Origin: an uncultured bacterium
GTDB taxonomy: Bacteria > Fidelibacterota > Marinisomatia > Marinisomatales > UBA1611
Assembly: GCA_965660855.1 (NCBI GenBank)
Contig: CBFIBM010000016.1
Span: 948 to 16,105, forward strand
Direction: 5' to 3'
DNA length: 15,158 nucleotides
The translations under genes were made by a program, and so were the position numbers. This document shows, in pieces, positions 6,601 to 14,974 of this stretch. A model generated the notes under the pieces. The model worked only from the letters and a program-made list of their open reading frames with translations. It had not been told where the DNA came from and made no database searches. Numbering within the stretch: position 1 is the first letter of the stretch; each line of letters opens with the position of its first letter.

Positions 6601-8968
6601 CTTTAATCATTTCTAGATAGGTTTCATCAACAAGTACTTCTCTTGCCTTACTACCTGTAAAAGGACCAACAACTCCATTTTGCTCCATATCGTCAATTAA
6701 ACGTGCTGCTCGTGAATATCCTACTTTTAATCGTCTTTGAAGTAGCGATATTGACCCTTGTTGATGAGTAACTACTAGTGAAACTGCATCATTAAACAAT
6801 TCATCTTTATCTATTGAATAATTATCTCCATTGACATCATTTATTTGTGACTCTCTAACTGTTGGAAGAACAATTTCATCCCCTTTAGATTGATCTGAAA
6901 TATGCTCCATAAGAGCATTTATTTCATCAAGTGATAAAAAAGCATTATGCATTCGAAAGACATCTGAGCTTCCAGTACCGAGGTGAAGCATATCTCCTCT
7001 ACCAATTAGTTTATCTGCTCCAGGTTGATCAATAATTGTTCTTGAATCAATTTTACTTGCTACTTGGAATGCAATTCTAGAGGGGAAATTAGCCTTAATT
7101 ACACCCGTAATAACATCAACAGATGGTCTTTGAGTTGCAATAACTAAATGAATACCTACTGCTCTAGATAGTTGAGCAAGCCTTGCAATGGGAGCTTCAA
7201 CATCTTTTGCTGATAGCATCATTAGATCAGCTAACTCATCTACAACCAATACAATGTATGGCATAATAGATTTTTTCTCATTTCCCATTTTTTTATTGTA
7301 CTCACCAATATTTCTAACTACTGCATCTGCTAAAATATTATATCGACGATCCATTTCTTTTTCCAACGCTCTAAGAGCTAAAATTGAATTATCAACTGAA
7401 GTCACTATAGGCTCATCAATATCTTCCATTTTGAGCAAGTGGTATCCCTCTAGCTTTTTATATAGTGTCATTTCAACTTTCTTAGGATCAATCATTACAA
7501 ATTTAACTTGATCTGGAGTTGCTCGATAAAGGATAGAACAAATTATTGTATTTATACAAACTGACTTTCCAGAACCAGTTGTACCTGCGATTAATAAATG
7601 GGGCATTTTTGATAAATCTAATGTACTTATTTCACCTGTAGTAGTTTTCCCAATTGCTAAAGTTAGTAATGAATTAGCTTCAGCAAATTCAGGACTATTC
7701 ACTACAGATTTAAAATAAACAGTCGCAGGGTTGCGATTAGGAATTTCAATACCGACAGAAGATTTACCAGGTATTGGAGCAATGACCCGTACACTACTAG
7801 CTTCCATAACTCTTGCAAGATCATCTGCAAGTGCAACAAATTTATTCACCCTGACTCCTTCGGCAGGTTCTACCTCAAAAAGAGTGATTACAGGTCCAGG
7901 ATGAACATTTACCACTCTTCCTTTTACTCCAAAAGTAGACATAGATTCTGTCAAATAGTTTGCCCTGTCAACTAATTCATCTCTGCTTAAATTTTCAGAA
8001 ATTGAAACAGGAGTTTCTAAAAGATCAGAGGAAGGAAGTTTATATTTCTTCTTAGGAATTTCGCGTTCAATTACATCGTCAATATCAACCTCTTCTGTTT
8101 CAATTATTTTTTCAATTTTCAAATCTTCGCCAAAATCTTGTTTTTGCAGTCGATCTTTTTCATCAACTTCAGTTTCAACATTTTTATTTATTTTTTCTGG
8201 TAATTTATTTAATTCTAGTTCATCAATATCTTCCTCAAACTCTGTGATTGCTGATGATTCTTTTTTATCTAATTCAAGGCTAACTTCTTGTGATTTTTTC
8301 TTAGGTCCATTTTGTTTTATATAAAAATTATCTTCAGTAGTTTGATTTTTAATTCTCTCTTTTAGATTCTCTGTATGCTTTCTTTTCGTATTATTTATTT
8401 CTTCTTTTCGCTTAGATTCCTCTCTTTTTGATTTCCAATTTTCTATTCTAATATTTAAAATATTAAACAGTGCATAATAGTCAAGGTCGAAGTAAGCCCT
8501 AACTAATACTAAGTACGAAGCAAAAATAAAAATAACGGTTCCATAAAAGCTAAAAAAAGAGATAGATAACTCAGCTAAGTTTCCACCAATTAATCCAGAA
8601 GCTAAGTAACTTTTATCATCCATAAATAAAAAATTTACTACTGTTGCAATTGTAAACGACACCAGTACCATTAAAATTAAAATGAATTTTGTAATCCTGA
8701 ATAGTTTTTTCAGGTTTTTTTTTGAAAAAATATACCATCCCCATACTAGTCCTAAAATAGGTAATAAAAATGAGATATATCCAATTCCAAGTTTTATTAA
8801 TGTATGTGAAATATATACACCAAAAATTCCCGTAGGGTTCTCAATCTTTATTTTTGATGATATTAGAGGCTCTTCATGAGAGTTGTAACCCAATAGACTA
8901 ATTAAAATAAAAATTGATATAGAAATTAAGAGTATTCCGAAAATCTCAAGTCGACGATCATTATTCAT
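6593..8968 (-). CDS. ftsK: DNA translocase FtsK
   Basis: N-terminal TM domain, charged linker, Walker A GTTGSGKS, IDPK, Walker B VVDELAD, LVIATQRPSVDVITG and gamma domain SLLQRRLKVGYSRAARLID. Confidence 0.98.
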   Translation of the reverse strand: MNNDRRLEIFGILLISISIFILISLLGYNSHEEPLISSKIKIENPTGIFGVYISHTLIKLGIGYISFLLPILGLVWGWYIFSKKNLKKLFRITKFILILMVLVSFTIATVVNFLFMDDKSYLASGLIGGNLAELSISFFSFYGTVIFIFASYLVLVRAYFDLDYYALFNILNIRIENWKSKREESKRKEEINNTKRKHTENLKERIKNQTTEDNFYIKQNGPKKKSQEVSLELDKKESSAITEFEEDIDELELNKLPEKINKNVETEVDEKDRLQKQDFGEDLKIEKIIETEEVDIDDVIEREIPKKKYKLPSSDLLETPVSISENLSRDELVDRANYLTESMSTFGVKGRVVNVHPGPVITLFEVEPAEGVRVNKFVALADDLARVMEASSVRVIAPIPGKSSVGIEIPNRNPATVYFKSVVNSPEFAEANSLLTLAIGKTTTGEISTLDLSKMPHLLIAGTTGSGKSVCINTIICSILYRATPDQVKFVMIDPKKVEMTLYKKLEGYHLLKMEDIDEPIVTSVDNSILALRALEKEMDRRYNILADAVVRNIGEYNKKMGNEKKSIMPYIVLVVDELADLMMLSAKDVEAPIARLAQLSRAVGIHLVIATQRPSVDVITGVIKANFPSRIAFQVASKIDSRTIIDQPGADKLIGRGDMLHLGTGSSDVFRMHNAFLSLDEINALMEHISDQSKGDEIVLPTVRESQINDVNGDNYSIDKDELFNDAVSLVVTHQQGSISLLQRRLKVGYSRAARLIDDMEQNGVVGPFTGSKAREVLVDETYLEMIKDD

Positions 8969-9091
8969 GGCTAATTTATTTTTCTGTATTAAATCGAGAT
9001 TTAAATAATTTAATTATTGACATATATAAATCTTCACTTAAACTATTTAGCATGATTTAATTTAAGTATTGTTTTGTAAAGTAAAATCAAA

Positions 9092-9121
9092 ATTATAATA
9101 CTTTATTGGTTAATCATTCAA
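9092..9121 (-). promoter_or_regulatory. Candidate sigma70-type promoter for the ftsK-to-cysS block
   Basis: Minus-strand TTGAAT (9121-9116)-N18-TATAAT (9097-9092) spanning the gcvT stop, about 120 nt upstream of the ftsK ATG. It shares the -35 hexamer and spacing of the candidate tRNA promoter. Confidence 0.4.
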
Positions 9122-10204
9122 TGTGCCATTTTTGTAAAATGGTCCTTTTACGATTATAGCTTCTTTCTTTTTCCCCCTTATATCAATGTATAATTTCTGA
9201 TTTAGTTTGGAATATTCTTTTTTTACATAACCAATACCTATTCCTTTTTTCAGTGACGGACTCATTGTTCCACTTGTTACTACCCCAATATTTTGATTTT
9301 TACAAAAGATTTGACAGTTTTTCCTTGGAATTGCACGTTCTAACATCTCAAAACAAATCAATTTCCTTTTGATGTTCTCTTTGATTCTTTGACATGCCTT
9401 GAGTCCAATAAAGGATCCTTTTTCAAATTTAGTTATCCATCCTAACCCTGCCTCAATAGGATTTGTTTCTGAATTAATGTCATTACCATGTAAACAATAT
9501 TTCATCTCCATTCTAAGTGTATCTCTACATCCAAGACCAGCTGGAATTAAACCATGAGGCTTACCTTTTTTTATAATAAGATCCCATAAATCATTTAAAT
9601 ATATATTTTTAGCAAACATCTCAAAACCTAATTCTCCGGTATATCCGGTCCGTGAAACTAAAATATCAAATCCATTTATTTTTGTGTAATAGAAATGATA
9701 AAATTGTAATTTTTCAATTTTCTCATCAAGTATAGAACTTAAGATTTTTCTTGATTTGGGTCCTTGGATTGCTAACAAACCTGTATCCTTACTTATATCA
9801 TTAATTTTTACATTTTCACTGGAATTTTCATTCAACCAATTTAAGACATCAATTTTATTTGAAGAGTTTACAACTAAAAGAAAGTTATGCTTTTCACGAT
9901 AAATAAGTAGATCATCAATTATTCCACCTTCATGATTACATATGGTGCTGTATTGAGCTTGACCAAAATTAAGATTATCTATGTTATTTGTGGTAACTCT
10001 ATTTAAAAAGTCTTTTGCTTTTTTTCCTGAAACTATAATTTCGCCCATATGACTAACATCAAATAAACCTGCATATTTCCGTACATTATTATGCTCATTA
10101 TTTATTCCAGTATAATGAGTAGGTAGCAAATATCCTGCAAAAGGAACAATATTCCCTCCATTTTTAACATGTTTTTCGTAAAGGACTGTTTTACTATTTT
10201 CCAT
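9110..10204 (-). CDS. gcvT: Glycine cleavage system aminomethyltransferase T
   Basis: FDVSHMG, GGIIDD, AIQGPKS, SRTGYTGELGFE, GLGCRDTLRME and VTSGTMSP motifs. ATG at 10204 is preferred over GTG at 10213 because an SD-like AGGTGA (10215-10210) precedes it by 5 nt. Confidence 0.95.
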   Translation of the reverse strand: MENSKTVLYEKHVKNGGNIVPFAGYLLPTHYTGINNEHNNVRKYAGLFDVSHMGEIIVSGKKAKDFLNRVTTNNIDNLNFGQAQYSTICNHEGGIIDDLLIYREKHNFLLVVNSSNKIDVLNWLNENSSENVKINDISKDTGLLAIQGPKSRKILSSILDEKIEKLQFYHFYYTKINGFDILVSRTGYTGELGFEMFAKNIYLNDLWDLIIKKGKPHGLIPAGLGCRDTLRMEMKYCLHGNDINSETNPIEAGLGWITKFEKGSFIGLKACQRIKENIKRKLICFEMLERAIPRKNCQIFCKNQNIGVVTSGTMSPSLKKGIGIGYVKKEYSKLNQKLYIDIRGKKKEAIIVKGPFYKNGTLND

Positions 10205-10245
10205 TATTTTCACCTATCAAAAAATTATAAGGATGTGAAAGAAAG

Positions 10246-10845
10246 TTATGATATAATAATTGCTAAAGCTTTTTTAATAACATTTTGAATTTCCCCCTTC
10301 AACTCATCATTTTTTTGTAATTTGAGACAAGCTTCATTTGCGAGGTGTTTTTTATACCCTAATGAAATAAGAGCATTAACCGAATCTTTAAATAATTGCT
10401 GATTTATATTGTCATTATCATCAATTGATTTTATGAATTTATTAATATCAACTTTGTCTTTTAACTCAAGTATGATCCTATGAGCTGTCTTCGAACCAAC
10501 CCCAGGAATTGCAGTCAAAGATTTCACATCTTCATTTAAAATATGGTGATTGAATCTATCAGGTTTCATTCCGGAAAGTATGGTAAGTGCAAGCTTAGGG
10601 CCAATTCCATTGATAGTTATTAATAGTAAAAAAGTTTTTCGTTCTATATCAGAAAAAAAACCATATAAATCTAGAGCATCTTCTTTCACATGAAGATATG
10701 TAAAGATCACTATTTCTTTTTTAGAACTAGGAAGAGACTTAATACTTTGCTCTGACATTCTTATTTTTAGACCAATACCATATAGAGATACAACAATATA
10801 TGTTTCTTTTTTAATTTTAATTTCACCTGTTATTCGTTCAATCAT
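10246..10845 (-). CDS. ruvA: Holliday junction branch migration protein RuvA
   Basis: HVKEDxxxLYGF, HhH motifs GIGPKLAL and PGVGSKTAHRI, and domain III ALISLGY. Confidence 0.97.
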   Translation of the reverse strand: MIERITGEIKIKKETYIVVSLYGIGLKIRMSEQSIKSLPSSKKEIVIFTYLHVKEDALDLYGFFSDIERKTFLLLITINGIGPKLALTILSGMKPDRFNHHILNEDVKSLTAIPGVGSKTAHRIILELKDKVDINKFIKSIDDNDNINQQLFKDSVNALISLGYKKHLANEACLKLQKNDELKGEIQNVIKKALAIIIS

Positions 10846-11318
10846 TTAAACTTCTCCTGATTAATAAAACATAGGCCCACTGCGATTGCATCTGTAATAT
10901 CATATGGCTTGAGTTCTTGATCTAATTTTAATATTTTAGAGATCATATATGAGACTTGCTCTTTTGAAGCCGCACCATTCCCACATACTGACGATTTAAC
11001 TTTGCGAGGGGCGTATTCATGTACTACCATATCATTTATTGCTGCTGTTAAAATTATCGTTCCTCTAGCATGCCCCAATGTCATAGCAGATTTAACATTT
11101 TTACTAAAAAACGCATCCTCTATTGCAAGAACATCCGGCTTAAATTTTTGTATTATAGTATGAGCCTCTTCATGAAGATATTTTAAGCGCTTAGGAAGAG
11201 AATCTTTATTATTAGATTTAATAACACCATATGCCTTTAGAGATATATTTTGTTTTTTGGCATCTAGTAAACAGAAACCAGCGATAGTCAAACCTGGGTC
11301 TACTCCTAATACCCTCAT
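10842..11318 (-). CDS. ruvC: Holliday junction resolvase RuvC
   Basis: LGVDPG, AIED, LGHARG, EYAPxxVK...GxGxAxKEQV and DITDAIAV catalytic acidic residues. ATGA overlap with ruvA. Confidence 0.98.
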   Translation of the reverse strand: MRVLGVDPGLTIAGFCLLDAKKQNISLKAYGVIKSNNKDSLPKRLKYLHEEAHTIIQKFKPDVLAIEDAFFSKNVKSAMTLGHARGTIILTAAINDMVVHEYAPRKVKSSVCGNGAASKEQVSYMISKILKLDQELKPYDITDAIAVGLCFINQEKFK

Positions 11319-11333
11319 AAATAAATCATATTA

Positions 11334-12059
11334 TTAAACATTTGTATCAAAGTTTGTATAAAAATTGGTTATATCATCATTTTCTTCAAGATCATTCAAC
11401 AAATTAATTATAGAACTTGATTCTTCTTTGTTCACACTATGAAAAACCTTTGGTATTAATTGAATATCTGTCGATTCTATTTTATATCCATAATTTTTTA
11501 TAGCTTCACTAATTTGAGTTGTTTTACCTGGCTTGGTTTCAATTATATATAATCCACTTTCATTTATAAAATCTTCAATATCTAAATCAATTATTTTATC
11601 TAAAATTTCCTCTTCGTCGCAATCTCCAACATTAATGATAATTATTCCTTTTTTATCAAACATCCAAGTAACACTTCCAGTTTCACCTAGGTTTCCTCCA
11701 TATTTTGATAGAAGATGCCTGATTTCAGCAACAGTTCTATTTTTATTATCTGTTATTACCTCTAAAATCAAACTTATTCCACCAGGTCCAAACCCTTCAT
11801 AAACCACATCTTCATAATGGGTACCTTCTAGCTCACCAGTACCTTTCTTAATTGCCTTTTCAATATTTTCTCCAGGCATATTACTTGATTTTGCATTATC
11901 AATTGCTTTGCGTAATCTTGGATTTGAAGATAAGTCACCTCCACCGATTCTTGAAGAAATTGTAATTTCTTTAATAATCTTTGTAAATAGCTTTCCTCTT
12001 TTAGCATCTTGGGCGCCTTTTCTGTGCTTAATATTTGACCATTTACTGTGACCTGCCAT
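11334..12059 (-). CDS. yebC: YebC/PmpR (TACO1) family protein
   Basis: MAGHSKWSNIKHRK, NPRLR, YEGFGPGG, TDNKNRT and GGNLGETGSV motifs, in the canonical position upstream of ruvC. Confidence 0.97.
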   Translation of the reverse strand: MAGHSKWSNIKHRKGAQDAKRGKLFTKIIKEITISSRIGGGDLSSNPRLRKAIDNAKSSNMPGENIEKAIKKGTGELEGTHYEDVVYEGFGPGGISLILEVITDNKNRTVAEIRHLLSKYGGNLGETGSVTWMFDKKGIIIINVGDCDEEEILDKIIDLDIEDFINESGLYIIETKPGKTTQISEAIKNYGYKIESTDIQLIPKVFHSVNKEESSSIINLLNDLEENDDITNFYTNFDTNV

Positions 12060-12099
12060 TTTAAATATCCTATATTTTCATTTAGAATAATTTATAATC

Positions 12100-12513
12100 T
12101 TAAAATATACGACTTCGTATAATCCATATATCTTTAAAACCTCTTTTTGCTATATTCTTCTTTTCTCGCTCTGCTTCATCCCTCTTCGCAAAGTTACCAT
12201 ATTGTATCTTATAAAATGGTGCTTCGAATGACATATACAACGAGTCCCCTAAAATTTTCTTAAATTTTTTCATCTTTTTATTTGCCTTGCTAACGGATGA
12301 GCTTTCAAAAATTTGAAGTCTATAACCCTCCTTTAAATCGTCTGGCTTTAATTTAATTTCAGAAAAATTTTTATTCAGGGTTTTGTTAAATATTTTATCT
12401 AATACCTTTGGAGTTTCGGGAATTGAATCTATCACATTATTCATATCAAACCAGAACAAAGAGTCCTGGCAAAAAATTAAGTTTAAAGCTATAATTAATG
12501 AATAATATTTCAT
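12100..12513 (-). CDS. Secreted SPOR-domain (peptidoglycan-binding) protein
   Basis: Signal peptide followed by the C-terminal SPOR pattern GYRLQIF...A...PFYKIQYGNF..R.EA...GFKDIWI. Confidence 0.85.
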   Translation of the reverse strand: MKYYSLIIALNLIFCQDSLFWFDMNNVIDSIPETPKVLDKIFNKTLNKNFSEIKLKPDDLKEGYRLQIFESSSVSKANKKMKKFKKILGDSLYMSFEAPFYKIQYGNFAKRDEAEREKKNIAKRGFKDIWIIRSRIF

Positions 12514-12515
12514 CC

Positions 12516-13259
12516 TTATAATTCTAAATATGAACTATTTTGAACCCACCCTTTTTCAGAATTAAAATTAATTCTCACTTGGCTCCAATTACCTTTGTTT
12601 TCAATGATTTCTAATCTTTCACCTTCATTTATAACTAGTAGTACCTTTCCACCAACAGAAAATGGCTGTGAGTATAAATTAGATGACTTATCAACAACAA
12701 TTGCTTCTTTCTTTTTCGATGATGTAAACTTATCCAAAGTTAAGATATTAATTAAAAAGAATAAAGATATTAGGCCTACATTTATGTAAGTATAAAATGC
12801 TTTTTGATTTAAAATATATTGTTTAATAAAATTAAAAACAAAGAAGATCATTGTCACGATACTGCCTATAAAAAAGAACTCGACAAGAGTAAAATTATCC
12901 TTTGTGTTTTTATAAAATGTTTGAAAAAAAAACTTATTTGGTAGTTTTATTTCTCCCAAGAGTTTAGAATTTACAAAATTAAGATTATAAATAACATCTT
13001 CATTCCTAGGACTAATTAAACTAGCCTTTGAATAAGCCCATACAGCAAAACCTAATGAATCTAATCTATAATAAGCATTTCCCAAATTATAAAACACCTC
13101 ACTCATTAAAGGCTCATTATACATTATTGATTCATAAACTTTAACTGCTTCAATATATTTTTCTTGTTTCATTAGTGAATTTGCATGTAAAAAAATCTCA
13201 TCAAAGCTTTTTGCAGATGCCAAATTTGATATTAAAAAAATTAAAACAAATAATTTCAT
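12516..13259 (-). CDS. batE: BatE-like protein (TPR, two TM helices, SH3b)
   Basis: Signal peptide, TPR YNLGNAYYR...YSKA...PRNEDVIYNL, two TM helices and a C-terminal SH3b (EGERLEII...W.QV...GWV). TAATG stop/start overlap with batD. Confidence 0.85.
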   Translation of the reverse strand: MKLFVLIFLISNLASAKSFDEIFLHANSLMKQEKYIEAVKVYESIMYNEPLMSEVFYNLGNAYYRLDSLGFAVWAYSKASLISPRNEDVIYNLNFVNSKLLGEIKLPNKFFFQTFYKNTKDNFTLVEFFFIGSIVTMIFFVFNFIKQYILNQKAFYTYINVGLISLFFLINILTLDKFTSSKKKEAIVVDKSSNLYSQPFSVGGKVLLVINEGERLEIIENKGNWSQVRINFNSEKGWVQNSSYLEL

Positions 13260-14974
13260 TATAATTGCCTATCCAATTTTTCAATGATTAAAATAGATTT
13301 TTCTAAAATATCAGGATCATCAAGCTGTGTCTTATCTGAAAATTTTACTTCATCGCACATGTTAATTATTCCTATTAACTCATCAATTAAACTCGATTTA
13401 ATCTGTCCATTTAATAATAATTTAATTTGATCCTGATCTATACTATTTGAGGATAAATTAAATTTATATTTTAAAAATAGATATAGACCTGAACTAATTC
13501 TATCATATAACCGTGGATCTTTATTTTTTATTAATTTAAGAGCTAATTTTTTAGCATTTTTTCTATTGTTTTTATTTGTATCAAAAAAACTAAAAGATTC
13601 AATCTTATTAAAAAAGAAAGGTATTATATAAAATAAAATTGATAAAACGTAAATAAATAAAATCATATTTTTTGTTATAAAAACATTAGGCATCTTCAAT
13701 TCATTTGATATATATCGGATGTCTTTTGCTAAAATTTTAGATTTGCTATTATTAAAAGAAATATAATCAAATTTGTTTTTTCCATTTATTCCTTGAACAA
13801 AAATCTTAATCTCTTTAGAGTCTGCTTTATCCCATTTATTCTTATTTAAATTAAAATATGGAAGTGTAATTTTTGGCAAAACAAATTCGCCGGATTTTCT
13901 TGGAATTAAAATATATTCTATGGATTTCTTTCCTGTTATCTGATCTCTAAATGCATCTTTTTCAAAAATCTCATTTGGTTGAAAGACCTCGATATTATCT
14001 GGAAACGCAATTTTAGGAAAGCTGAAAAAATTTAAATTTCCAGTTCCCTCCAGCATAATTGTAAATGTAACCCCTTCATTAACATTAACAGTTTTTGCAT
14101 CTACTTTTGTAGATAAATTAAATGAACCAACTGCACCAGTAAAATTATTGGACTTACCCATCGGGAATTCATTTATACTAATTTTTATTTCATCTGTTTT
14201 AAGTATTTTAATCTCTGAATCTGTAAAGTATGAACTGAAAAATGGATCAAAAAAAGGATCTCTCCTATTACGTTTTTTTTGAACCTCCACACCAATTTTA
14301 ACATTAATTGATGAAATAAAATGCTCTTTAGCAGGCATTGGGAATAATGCTCTTTGCCCAAGGTTTGCTACTTGATACTTTACACCATTAATTATTTCTA
14401 TTTTTTTTTGATATTTTAATCTTTTAGGATTATATAATTCTTCGACCCAAAACCCTCGAAAATCTGGCATTACGAACTCATCAATGGATGTTATTTTTAA
14501 GTCTTCTTTTTTATATAACATTAAGGAAAGAGTAATTTGTTCTCCTATGAATGATTCTTTTTTGTTTACATTAGTTTTAATAAAAACTTCAGCAGAAAAA
14601 TTCTTTGCTTTTTGTTTCAATACATTAATTTCAATAGTATTTCCCTCAAATCTTTTGCCATCAATAAAACCTTTTAATTTTGGAATAAATAATTTACCTG
14701 TTTTTTTAGGACTCAGAGTCCAAGATAATTTTTTTGTAGAGCTACGTTGTCCATTTAAAAATTGAATATTTGTTTGTTGGTTTGGTCCACCTATTATATC
14801 AAAGTCTGATTTTAATACATTTATATCAAGATTTGGAAATCCCTCACTGTTAATGGCTTCAACCTCTAGTGTTAAATAATCACCTTCAATGAGTTTATTT
14901 TTATCAACTGCTATTTGAATAGATTGCCCATTTAATAAAGAGAATAATAGAAATAAAAAGAAATTATAAATCAC
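13259..14974 (-). CDS. batD: BatD family protein
   Basis: Signal peptide, repeated Ig-like BatD segments (FIGEQITL, GFWVEEL, DPFFDPFF, FTGAVGSF, GTGNL, YILIPRKSGEF) and a late TM helix. The likely start is GTG at 14974, overlapping the upstream TGA; the track uses TTG at 14977. Confidence 0.88.
   Translation of the reverse strand: MIYNFFLFLLFSLLNGQSIQIAVDKNKLIEGDYLTLEVEAINSEGFPNLDINVLKSDFDIIGGPNQQTNIQFLNGQRSSTKKLSWTLSPKKTGKLFIPKLKGFIDGKRFEGNTIEINVLKQKAKNFSAEVFIKTNVNKKESFIGEQITLSLMLYKKEDLKITSIDEFVMPDFRGFWVEELYNPKRLKYQKKIEIINGVKYQVANLGQRALFPMPAKEHFISSINVKIGVEVQKKRNRRDPFFDPFFSSYFTDSEIKILKTDEIKISINEFPMGKSNNFTGAVGSFNLSTKVDAKTVNVNEGVTFTIMLEGTGNLNFFSFPKIAFPDNIEVFQPNEIFEKDAFRDQITGKKSIEYILIPRKSGEFVLPKITLPYFNLNKNKWDKADSKEIKIFVQGINGKNKFDYISFNNSKSKILAKDIRYISNELKMPNVFITKNMILFIYVLSILFYIIPFFFNKIESFSFFDTNKNNRKNAKKLALKLIKNKDPRLYDRISSGLYLFLKYKFNLSSNSIDQDQIKLLLNGQIKSSLIDELIGIINMCDEVKFSDKTQLDDPDILEKSILIIEKLDRQL

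Noticed and set aside
8715..8723. A9 run on the ftsK coding strand (and another in batD at 14401-14409) as phase-variation or frameshift sites
   Set aside because: Both reading frames are intact, and such runs are expected in Lys-rich genes of a very AT-rich genome.
8969..9109. dif site, riboswitch or intrinsic terminator in the gcvT-ftsK gap
   Set aside because: I see no XerD-arm match (TTATGTTAAA-like), no GC-rich stem with a U-tract and no recognisable aptamer core.
5491..14765. Plus-strand ORFs 5491-5721, 7188-7511, 8682-8879, 11533-11802, 12595-12789 and 14484-14765
   Set aside because: All are antisense to well-supported genes, with Ser/Ile/Phe-rich shadow composition and no domain signal.
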